64,000 nt of DNA from a virus. The DNA is taken from IMG/VR virus record IMGVR_UViG_3300009506_000011, positions 20,187-84,186 of that record; one strand, given 5' to 3'. This document shows, piece after piece, positions 56,171 to 64,000 of the stretch (its first letter is position 1; every line of letters begins with the position of its first letter). The notes beneath the pieces are model-generated. The model searched no databases. It was not told the origin of the DNA and saw nothing but the letters and a program-made list of their open reading frames with translations. The translations under genes and the position numbers were made by a program.

Positions 56171-57834
56171 TGGCTCCTCTGTCCTGGGCCGAGCTGCAGA
56201 AGATCATCGTGCCGCGGGAGGTCCCGACCTCCGAGGAGTACCGCTGGTATGCCGGCGCGAATGTCACGCCGCAGCGCATCCAGGAGGTGCTTCGGCAGGC
56301 CGAGTGCGGCTACATGGCGCCCCTCACCGACCTCGAAGACGAGATGCTCATGCTCGACGCGCATGGTGCAGCCGTCGCGCAGAAGCGCATGGCGGCGCTG
56401 CAGTCCCTGCCGTGGTCGGTAACCGCGGCCAAGGGCGAGGGCATCGACGACGGCCTGGCTGAGGAGATCGCCGACGCTACCCGGCGCATGTACGAAGGCA
56501 TCCCGGCTTTTGACGATGCCATCTACAACCAGGCATGGGGCACTTTCCACGCCCGCGCCTGCCACGAAATCCACTGGGACACCTATCCGCGCCGGCCGCA
56601 CTTCCGGCCGCGTGAGCTGCAATGGATCAAGGCGCGCCGTCTGAGCTTCGGCCCCGCGCGGCAGCTGCTCATCGTCGAGCCGTGGTTGGCCCCGAGCGGC
56701 TTCCAGAGCCGAGGCATAGACACTACCGCCTGGCCCTGCCACTTCTGGACCTTCACGCCGAAGCTCTTTGGTGAGTACCCCGAGAAGGAGGGGATCGGCC
56801 CGCGGATGCTCTACTGGATGCTTTTCAAGCGGCTCAGCTGGCGCTGGCGCTTGCTGCTGCTTGAGATCTTCGCGTTGCCGTGGCGAATCGTCAAAGCGCG
56901 ATACGACGCCAATGGCAACCCGATGGCGAGCGCCGACCAGATCAAGGCAGCCGCCGAGATAGTGCAGCGGCTCGGTCTCGACTCGACCGCGTGGCTCGGA
57001 CCCGGCATCGACATCGAAGTGGTCACGGTGGACGCCGCCTCTTCGGACCTCTTCCAGACGACGGGCGCGGACGCCGACCTCCAGCTGAGCAAGATCGCCC
57101 TCGGCAACACCGCCACCACCGAGGGGAACGAGAGCAACCGCTCAAACAGCATCATTCAGCTCGGCTCTGAGGAGCTGCTTAACGCCAAGGACGCGAGCGG
57201 CATGTCGGGGTCAATCAACCGCGACATCGGCATCCCGTTCACCGGCCTCAACTACGGTTGGGACAAGCTCGACCATGCCGCCGTCTTCAAGATCAAGGCC
57301 GAGCCGGCGCGCGATACGACGAAAGAGCTAGAGCATGCAGACAAGCTGCTCAGCATGGGCGCACCCATAGCGCTTAACCAGCTCTACGAGGTTTCCGGTT
57401 GGCGCGCGCCGAACGAGGAACCTTACGTCGTTCGCGGCGGCGATGGCATCGCTCGCGTCGTCGATCCGAGCGCGCCTGCAGCGCCAGAGCCAGAGCGTAA
57501 CCCGGACGATGCCGTGGCCGTCGCCGGTGACCTCGAAGACAGCGGCACCGGTCAAGCCGCGGAGAACGCCGAGGCCGACCTCGAAGCGCTGGAGCGAGCG
57601 AAGGCTCACCCGCAATGCAACGTAGCTCGGGACTGGCTTCGCGAAGAGGGTCTCGATGGGCAGGATATCGAGCGCGCCATTGAGCTGTGCTTGACGGGAC
57701 AAATCCGGCGGCTCGATACCGTACCGATGCTCACGGACGCGGCGGCGAGGCGGCTGAGCATGACGATCATCCCGCCTTTCCGCATCGTGCCGGCGCCAGG
57801 AGAGCCGGCTCGCCCCTTTCTCGGCTGGACATGA
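56170..57834 (+). CDS. Portal protein (DUF935 / Mu gp29-like)
   Basis: LRQAECG..DAH..KR..EIHW..FKR..W..E.F.LP..SKIALGNTATTE. Confidence 0.85.
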   Translation: MAPLSWAELQKIIVPREVPTSEEYRWYAGANVTPQRIQEVLRQAECGYMAPLTDLEDEMLMLDAHGAAVAQKRMAALQSLPWSVTAAKGEGIDDGLAEEIADATRRMYEGIPAFDDAIYNQAWGTFHARACHEIHWDTYPRRPHFRPRELQWIKARRLSFGPARQLLIVEPWLAPSGFQSRGIDTTAWPCHFWTFTPKLFGEYPEKEGIGPRMLYWMLFKRLSWRWRLLLLEIFALPWRIVKARYDANGNPMASADQIKAAAEIVQRLGLDSTAWLGPGIDIEVVTVDAASSDLFQTTGADADLQLSKIALGNTATTEGNESNRSNSIIQLGSEELLNAKDASGMSGSINRDIGIPFTGLNYGWDKLDHAAVFKIKAEPARDTTKELEHADKLLSMGAPIALNQLYEVSGWRAPNEEPYVVRGGDGIARVVDPSAPAAPEPERNPDDAVAVAGDLEDSGTGQAAENAEADLEALERAKAHPQCNVARDWLREEGLDGQDIERAIELCLTGQIRRLDTVPMLTDAAARRLSMTIIPPFRIVPAPGEPARPFLGWT

Positions 57835-58073
57835 CCTACGAGCGCCGGCCAGATCGCCGCTGGCGGAAGGCGGCGCGCAACGCGGTTCGATCGGCGCTTC
57901 GCAGCGGGACGATGAAGCCGGAGCCGTGCAAGCACGCGAGCAGTCTGTGCAGCGGGCGAGTGACGGCGCACCATCACAGCGGCTACAGCCGGCCCCATTG
58001 GCTGGACGTGGTCTGGCTCTGCCGCTACCACCACGCGCTGCAGCACCGACTGGAGCGAGCCACCGGCAGATAG
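57831..58073 (+). CDS. Small HNH-like endonuclease
   Basis: C..C..AHHHSGYSRP..V.WLCRYHH..H. Confidence 0.7.
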   Translation: MTYERRPDRRWRKAARNAVRSALRSGTMKPEPCKHASSLCSGRVTAHHHSGYSRPHWLDVVWLCRYHHALQHRLERATGR

Positions 58074-58192
58074 AAATTCGACAGACGGCTGCGGGGGTTT
58101 TTGACGATCTGTCGACCTATAAGCCGGCTGGCGCTACAACCGCTCAGAAAGAAAAGCGTCTCGTAGCGCCGCCAAGCGGCGCTCCGTCCGAC

Positions 58193-61100
58193 GTGGTGGA
58201 CGAGCAGCTTGTCGCCGGTGAGCTGGCCGCGCTGCGCATGACGAACCAGCTCCTGATCGCCGTCGGCCGCGCCGGGATCCTCGGCGACGTGGCAGACATC
58301 GTGAACCAGGCCGCCGGTTTGGTGGACGAGGCGCCGCTCGTTGATGCCATCTACCTCGCCACCGCGAAGGCCGCGATGCTCGGCGCCGACGACTCGGACG
58401 TTGAAGCAGAGGACGAGACGGTCATCGCGCCGGATCGCTTCGCACGGTGGGGCGGCGGCGCCGGTTGCGGCTGCGGCTGTGCCACCACGGCGGCCGCCCG
58501 TGCACCATCGTGTACCGGATCCAGAACCGCAGCACCGCCTGCTCAGCCGCGCTCAGCCCAGCCTCCCGAGCCCACTTCCTCGCTAGCTCACTTGCCGTCA
58601 TACTCCCTTGATCGCCAGAACGACGCCAACCCGGAAAGCCATCTTGACAGCGCCGGCGTTTTGGCGGATGCTCCCGCTGAAGGGGCGCAAGCCTCTGTCG
58701 TGAACTGCGTAGAAGGAACGGCTCCCCTTGCCAGCGAGCCACCGAACCCGGCAACCGCGCCGGGTTTGGCATTTGTGCTTGACGCGGCGCCGGAGCCGTG
58801 CTCAGCTGACGCTCGCAGCTCGGGGGCCTCTCGCGCTGCGGCCACCGAGCCCAGCCAAAAGCTCGTTGGCGCTGACTCAGAGCTTGAACCCGTAACCGGG
58901 AGCAAACGGGACCCGGCGGCAGGCGCCCCTGCTGAGGTTGCAGCCCCGTCGGGCGTAGACGGAGGCTGCGTCAATTTGGCCCTTGACAGCGCGGAGCCGT
59001 TGTGCTCTTCTACAAGCACGCCTCATGGAGCCATAGCTCGGGGCCGAGAAGCCGGCTTTGCCGGCTTTGCCATTATGGGGGCCTCACCGCCGGTGAGGGT
59101 TGACAGCGCGGCCGAGCCGTGCTGTAATGAGTCGAGCCTTGCCTGTTCGTTGAGCGCCGTTAGCCGTGAGTCTAGCGGCGTTTTTTTTGCTGGCCCCGCC
59201 GGCCGCCCCGGCTCCAAGTCGTTCACCGACGCCGTCCGGGAGTTCCGCAGCCGCGGCGCGGTGACGAGAGACGTCTTCGATGCGATGACCGCGGAGGAGC
59301 GCGCGCGGAGCTTCACGGTCGCTCGCCTCCTCACGAAGGAGAGCGTCGCCGTCGTCCAGGACGAGCTGGCGCGCGCCATCGAAGCCGGGGAGTCACTCCG
59401 CAAATTCCGCGTGAACCTCCGTCAGCGGATGCAGTCGAGCGGGATCGCCATCGCGCCGAAGTGGCGGTCAAAAGGCGACGCCGCGAGCCTCGACGCGCTG
59501 GACGCCAGCCACGTCGAGACGGTCTACCGCAACAGCGTGATGAGCGCCTACAGCGCCGGCCGGGCGAAGCACATGACGCAGCCGCACATCGTGGCGGCGC
59601 GGCCGTACTGGCAGAACATGACGGTGAACGACGGCCCGCCCCGGCAGCGGCCGACTCACCGCGCGGTGCACGGCTGGGTGATGCGCGCAGACGATCCTGG
59701 GTGGCAAGTCACATATGCCCCGCATGGCCACAATTGCCGCTGTAGAACTATCGTTAGATCGGCCGCCTGGGTCGAGCGCAACGGCCCCCGAATGCACTCC
59801 GGTCCGCTGCCGGACCTGCCTGATCCCGGCTGGACCTGCCGTCCACCGCCGGCGGTGGTGATCCCGCCCGAGCCGGTGCCGAAGCCAGACACCAAGGCGG
59901 AGCCGCCGCTGGCGCCACGTCCCTCCCGGGGTTCGAGCCTGCTGCGCGAAGGCGACGAGCAGCTCGACAACGAGACGCGCGCCGCACTCGAGCGGCTCGA
60001 CAGCTACGACAAGGACGAGCAGGGCCAGATCAGCATGCGAGCGCTCGGCTTCATCGAGCCGAAACCGACGGAGCTGGAGCGCATCAAGGAGCTGCTCGGC
60101 GCCCGAGGCGCCGCGCTCGAGCAGCGCTTCGGCCGCGCCATCGCCGAGCCGATGGCCGGCTACGAGATCGCCGCCGGCGCGAAGGTGGACGGCGCTGCCG
60201 CCGCCGAGGCGGCCAGGGCCTGGGATACCGTGCCGTTGCCCCGAGTGCTGCGCATCGGCAACAGCTACCACCTCCTCGACGGTGACGCAGCCGCCGCTGC
60301 CCAGGTGTCCAGCGAGCGGGGTCTGAGCGGCCTCGGCGCCTTGCGAGCGCGCGTTGTCGAGGCGCCCATCAACCGCCTCCCCAAGGCGCCTGCGAGCCGC
60401 GCTGACGCCGTCCGAGAGCTCGGCGAGGCGGCAACCGGCCTGCGGTCCGACCGCGCCTCACAGGCACGCATGCGGCTAGCTCTGCAGGACATACTCCACG
60501 GGGAGGGGATGGCGAGCCGGGACAACCTCGAGACCCGCGAGATGGCTGAACGGATCAGCGTGCTTCGCTCCAACGTCGTCCGCGCTGGCCACGCCTGGAA
60601 CGGCCAGGTGGAGATCGCCGCCTCGGTCCTGGACGAGGCGCAAGCCGGTCTCACCGCCGCGCGCGCCGGCCGGGAGCTGTCGGCGGGTCAGCAGCGCGCC
60701 ATCTCGACCCTTTTCCACGAGGAGATCCACGGCACCTCGCCCATCGCCAGGTCCGCTTACGAGGCGCATGGCGCGGCGCTTGAGGAGGCCGGCGCCGAGA
60801 TCCTCGCCCGACGGCAAGCGCGCAAGCTGCTCGGCTTGCGGAGCGCCGCCGCTGATGAGGCGCTCGGCCTGCCGACGAAGCCGATCACAAGCAAGGTCGG
60901 CGGCGGTGAGATGGCGTACGTCCGCGCCTATGAGGGGCCTGTGTCCAGGCTGCTGGTCACCGTCGGCCGCTACGACGTGAGCGCGGCAGACGTCGAGGCG
61001 GCGCTCGTCCGGATGCGCGCCGCGAGCGCTGCTCGGTTCGAGACGGCGGATGCGTACCTCTCGGGCTTCGTGGCCGAGCTGCCGGTGGCTGAAGCGCAGC

Positions 61101-61705
61101 GGCCGCTGCTAACCCGCCAGCTCAAGCAGGCGCTGCGGTCGACCACGCTGGAGCTGGGTTACTGGCGCGGACACGAGATCCGCAGAGTCGCCGCAGACGC
61201 ATGGGCCTACTCGGACACAGGCGAGTCGGTGTCGTCGCAGCCCGCCCGCGCTTGCGGCCGCTGCGGTGGCGCGGTCACAAGCGAAGGCCACGATGCCTGC
61301 CTCGGCACGCTCCCCGGGGTCATGAACGCGTGCTGCGGCCACGGTCGCATGGCTGACGCCTACGTCCAGCTGAACGATGGGCGCATCCTTCAGGGACAAG
61401 AGGCGGCAAAGTGGATCGCTGGCCATACGGCCACGTCAAAACGCGTACTTAGCGCATGGAGCAAACGCAAAAGACCCATTTCGTGCCAGGCGCGGTCAGC
61501 AGTCTACGAGCTGGAGCGCAACGACACCGCGGGAGCCGTCAGCGTGTTCGAGGCGGCTCTGAGCAAGGCTGAGCCGGCGGAGCTACAGGACCTCGCCCGG
61601 ATGCTGCTCCGGCTGCAGGACAACCCCGAGGCGGCCGCGGAGCTGCTCGACTACTTTGGCGAGCTAGCAGCAGTGCACCAAAGCGACCCCGCGGCTCGCC
61701 TGTGA
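58193..61705 (+). CDS. MuF (Mu gpF / SPP1 gp7-like) head morphogenesis protein with an insertion and C-terminal accessory domains; start uncertain
   Basis: RSFTVA..ETVYRN..AY.AGR..RPYW..RPTH..HG..W..PHGHNCRC; HEEIH..EE zincin motif. Confidence 0.8.
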   Translation: MVDEQLVAGELAALRMTNQLLIAVGRAGILGDVADIVNQAAGLVDEAPLVDAIYLATAKAAMLGADDSDVEAEDETVIAPDRFARWGGGAGCGCGCATTAAARAPSCTGSRTAAPPAQPRSAQPPEPTSSLAHLPSYSLDRQNDANPESHLDSAGVLADAPAEGAQASVVNCVEGTAPLASEPPNPATAPGLAFVLDAAPEPCSADARSSGASRAAATEPSQKLVGADSELEPVTGSKRDPAAGAPAEVAAPSGVDGGCVNLALDSAEPLCSSTSTPHGAIARGREAGFAGFAIMGASPPVRVDSAAEPCCNESSLACSLSAVSRESSGVFFAGPAGRPGSKSFTDAVREFRSRGAVTRDVFDAMTAEERARSFTVARLLTKESVAVVQDELARAIEAGESLRKFRVNLRQRMQSSGIAIAPKWRSKGDAASLDALDASHVETVYRNSVMSAYSAGRAKHMTQPHIVAARPYWQNMTVNDGPPRQRPTHRAVHGWVMRADDPGWQVTYAPHGHNCRCRTIVRSAAWVERNGPRMHSGPLPDLPDPGWTCRPPPAVVIPPEPVPKPDTKAEPPLAPRPSRGSSLLREGDEQLDNETRAALERLDSYDKDEQGQISMRALGFIEPKPTELERIKELLGARGAALEQRFGRAIAEPMAGYEIAAGAKVDGAAAAEAARAWDTVPLPRVLRIGNSYHLLDGDAAAAAQVSSERGLSGLGALRARVVEAPINRLPKAPASRADAVRELGEAATGLRSDRASQARMRLALQDILHGEGMASRDNLETREMAERISVLRSNVVRAGHAWNGQVEIAASVLDEAQAGLTAARAGRELSAGQQRAISTLFHEEIHGTSPIARSAYEAHGAALEEAGAEILARRQARKLLGLRSAAADEALGLPTKPITSKVGGGEMAYVRAYEGPVSRLLVTVGRYDVSAADVEAALVRMRAASAARFETADAYLSGFVAELPVAEAQRPLLTRQLKQALRSTTLELGYWRGHEIRRVAADAWAYSDTGESVSSQPARACGRCGGAVTSEGHDACLGTLPGVMNACCGHGRMADAYVQLNDGRILQGQEAAKWIAGHTATSKRVLSAWSKRKRPISCQARSAVYELERNDTAGAVSVFEAALSKAEPAELQDLARMLLRLQDNPEAAAELLDYFGELAAVHQSDPAARL
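58644..59188 (+). other. Four tandem promoter-like + structured-RNA units inside the MuF ORF
   Basis: TTGAC(A/G) at 58644, 58779, 58983 and 59100 with related spacers, each followed by hairpins. Confidence 0.6.
59153..59188 (+). terminator. Intrinsic terminator inside the MuF ORF
   Basis: AGCGCCGTTAG-N8-CTAGCGGCG followed by T8. Confidence 0.8.
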
Positions 61706-62625
61706 TGCAAATTGCGCGGCTGATACCGTGCGCCTACCCAGTCCTTCCAGGAAACGGTACGATCGAGGCCGCTTGCCACCCAGCGACAAAAGCCTAGCAG
61801 CTCGGGCGTGCGGCGATATGGCATGGGATACGGCGTGACACCGAGGTCCCGCAAGCGCGCACGGCGATAGTCCCTGTCTTCGTGGCTTTCTGCTTGGTCG
61901 TATCCGATCAGCATGTAGGCCATGACGTGACTCGGGCGCACGCCGGCGTCGAGCAGTCGACAAATGCCGCGCGTAACAACAAGCTCATCCTCGCGCCGAT
62001 CCCAAGCCACATAGAGCCGCTTGTCGCGCATGTTGATGGCACGGTAATCAACGCCTGCGATGGCGGCCGCTTGTTCCGCTGCCAGGCTCCTCACGTTGAT
62101 GCCTTGACAGAAGCTGACTCTGAAACCGGCCAGCTCAGCAACACGTTCACGCCAGGCCGACTGCCCGAAAAAATCTGCGTCTAGCAGTATCAAGTGGCGC
62201 GGATGGCATGAACCGCGCCACAGTTCAGGAATGGTGGCAACGGAGCGCGGCTGGCCCTCGGTCCGCGGAACGACGCAGAAGGAGCAGCGTTGGCGGCAAC
62301 CGCGAGATGTGAAGCCCATGGACGGCCCGAACCCCGGATACAGACTCCAGTCGTACCTGGCCTCAAGCTGCTCGAGATTCGCTTGCTCGTCTGCTCCCGG
62401 TCCACCGATTGCTGCATGCGGCCATTGCCGGCGCACTGCCGCTACCAGGGCCCTACTCGTGCTGAAGAGCGATGAGGCGTAGACTCGATCCCACCGACCG
62501 AAAAGCTCTCCGGGAATGCGCCCCCTAACCAAGGTCACCTCGTCGCCACGGTGATGTGCGGCGAGCCGCATCAAAGCGAGGTTCGGGAGTTTCCCATCGA
62601 GCTGCAACAAGAGCACGCGCATCAC
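61651..62625 (-). CDS. Radical SAM protein
   Basis: DGKLPNLALM; TSRGCRQRCSFCVVP (CxxxCxxC); YMLIGY. Confidence 0.88.
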   Translation of the reverse strand: MMRVLLLQLDGKLPNLALMRLAAHHRGDEVTLVRGRIPGELFGRWDRVYASSLFSTSRALVAAVRRQWPHAAIGGPGADEQANLEQLEARYDWSLYPGFGPSMGFTSRGCRQRCSFCVVPRTEGQPRSVATIPELWRGSCHPRHLILLDADFFGQSAWRERVAELAGFRVSFCQGINVRSLAAEQAAAIAGVDYRAINMRDKRLYVAWDRREDELVVTRGICRLLDAGVRPSHVMAYMLIGYDQAESHEDRDYRRARLRDLGVTPYPMPYRRTPELLGFCRWVASGLDRTVSWKDWVGARYQPRNLHHRRAAGSLWCTAASSPK

Positions 62626-62833
62626 GCTCCAGAGCCGCGTTTCGGCACGCGGCCGTGCTCGTCGGTATACCCCGGCTGTGCCTTGTCGCCGAATTTGTCT
62701 GCCCCCGGCTCGATCTCAAGCACGTCGAAGATGATGACGGTGCCGTCCGACAGCGTGACAGGCTTGCGGACGCGCTTGCCCGGCGGACGCTCGTCGAGCC
62801 GCTCCTTTGGCACGAAGCCACGGCGCCGGCGCA

Positions 62834-63055
62834 TCATGAGCTGAGCTTGACTAGGCCGCCGAACGCCTCAAAGACCTTGTCGGCGCGCTCGATTGCGTCA
62901 TCCCGTTGGTCGATCATGTCGAGCAGCAGCTCAATCTGCCACCTCGGGATTGGGATCTCCGTGCTTGAGCAGGCGCCGCCGGGATCATTGGCGCAGCGCT
63001 TGCGAATCTCGACGATCAGCCTGTCAACGAACGGACTGTACACACGTGTGCTCAT
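62834..63055 (-). CDS. Hypothetical protein
   Basis: AAGGAG RBS; coupled to neighbouring genes. Confidence 0.5.
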   Translation of the reverse strand: MSTRVYSPFVDRLIVEIRKRCANDPGGACSSTEIPIPRWQIELLLDMIDQRDDAIERADKVFEAFGGLVKLSS

Positions 63056-63405
63056 CTGCCTTGCTCCTTTGGCACGACCGCGGCGGCGCCATGCGCCGCC
63101 TCTGGCCATGGCCCATACATCGGCTCAAGCTGCATAGGCCCGCTCCAGGTGAGCCGAGCCGACTTGATGCGCGGAGTGTCGACGATCGGGAAGTGCGTTT
63201 CGTAGCTTCGCTCGACGATGAGACCATCCCCGAATGCAGCAAAGCGCTTACCGCGCAAGGCGCAGGTCGCCGGCTCCGGCACATTGACCACTTCGCCAAG
63301 GCTGAACCACTCCGGCTTCAGCGAGATGGTGACATTGACGTAGCCATCGCGACCGAGAGACGGCTCACCAGCCCCAACCTCGATGCCACCCAAGTAGGCG
63401 ATCAT
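63052..63405 (-). CDS. Hypothetical protein
   Basis: ATGA-coupled to the helicase gene. Confidence 0.5.
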   Translation of the reverse strand: MIAYLGGIEVGAGEPSLGRDGYVNVTISLKPEWFSLGEVVNVPEPATCALRGKRFAAFGDGLIVERSYETHFPIVDTPRIKSARLTWSGPMQLEPMYGPWPEAAHGAAAVVPKEQGR

Positions 63406-64000
63406 GCTCTGCCTCGCTCCTTCAGGTACTCCTCCGCCAGCCGCCGAATGTGGCCGGGGTCGACCTGCTGAATCGCTTCAACCAACGGCGCGTCGGGGTC
63501 GGTGATCCCGTCCGCCTGCTGGCGCTTCACCTCGAGCACGTCCAGCATGATCGGATCGCTGCCGTGGTCGGCGTAGAGGTAGTAGGAGACAACCGGCTCC
63601 GTCTGCCCGTCGCGGTGGATACGGCCGTCACACTGGTGATGCACCCTGGGGCTCCAGTCCAGCTCGCCGTGCACCACCGTTCGGCAAGCATGCTGCAGCC
63701 CATCCACGCCGGCGCCGGAACGCAGGGACATTATGAGCACGCGGCATTCGTCGCGCACGAACGCGTCGATCGCGTGCTCCTTCTGCCGAGGCGATTCGGT
63801 CCCGGTGTACATGGCGGGCGAAAGGTTGGCTAGCTCCTGCTGCCATATGCCGTAGACCTCGCGGTGCCAGCCATAGAGCAGCACCTTCTCGCCAGACTCG
63901 ACGAGCATGCGAACGAAGGCTGCCACGCATGGCGCCTTGGCGATGCCGGTTGCCTGCCGTAGCTTGATATCGAGCTGGCCGGCGGCGAGCATACGGTCGC
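63402..64000 (-). CDS. SNF2-family helicase, C-terminal part (5'-truncated)
   Basis: EKVLLY..SLRSGAGVDGLQ..ELDWSP..Q..GRIHRDGQ. Confidence 0.9.
   Translation of the reverse strand, partial: DRMLAAGQLDIKLRQATGIAKAPCVAAFVRMLVESGEKVLLYGWHREVYGIWQQELANLSPAMYTGTESPRQKEHAIDAFVRDECRVLIMSLRSGAGVDGLQHACRTVVHGELDWSPRVHHQCDGRIHRDGQTEPVVSYYLYADHGSDPIMLDVLEVKRQQADGITDPDAPLVEAIQQVDPGHIRRLAEEYLKERGRA

Noticed and set aside
58854-58916. Two tandem H-type pseudoknots resembling type III antitoxin RNA
   Set aside because: The pairings exist (GCCAA/TTGGC with AGCTC/GAGCT; CCCGT/ACGGG with CCGGG/CCCGG), but they are short in GC-rich DNA, the second has poor loop geometry, and there is no sequence repeat.
58644-59128. 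TTGACAGCGC repeats as degenerate CRISPR repeats
   Set aside because: Spacing is irregular (117-204 nt), and the repeats match -35/-10 promoter geometry rather than palindromic CRISPR repeats.
1-64000. Integrase, attachment site or Mu-type transposase
   Set aside because: None is recognisable. Mu-like structural genes do not imply transposition, and lifestyle cannot be decided from this window.

Overview
This window is 64 kb of a very GC-rich tailed phage or prophage genome with a Mu-like contractile tail. The host is plausibly Myxococcota (inference). Both ends fall inside genes, and no integrase, capsid, sheath or tape-measure gene is visible. Layout: Mu-like tail and baseplate genes (0-12.4, 26.7 and 32.4-34.5 kb) are repeatedly interrupted by opposite-strand cassettes with their own leaderless promoters. 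A divergent region (12.4-21.4 kb) has sigma54-like promoters and three type II hammerhead ribozymes. A PAPS-reductase/ParB/ABC-GNAT operon carries a tRNA-like leader. The recombination block has an SMC-like ATPase, RecT and YqaJ, followed by a repressor switch, replication genes (initiator with iterons, DnaB, three methyltransferases), packaging genes (terminase, portal, MuF), a radical SAM enzyme and an SNF2 helicase. Main candidate novel system: an array-less type IV-B-like CRISPR effector operon (csf1-cas11-csf2-csf3) extended by a Zn-finger-Cas6-like gene, cysH and a Cys-phosphatase-SPOUT RNA methyltransferase fusion. Its promoter shares an exact 13-mer (GCTAGCGTGCTAG) with the upstream regions of two non-canonical tRNA-like RNAs. 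A tandem set of promoter-small RNA-hairpin units also sits in frame inside the MuF gene. All calls come from manual motif reading; no searches were run.
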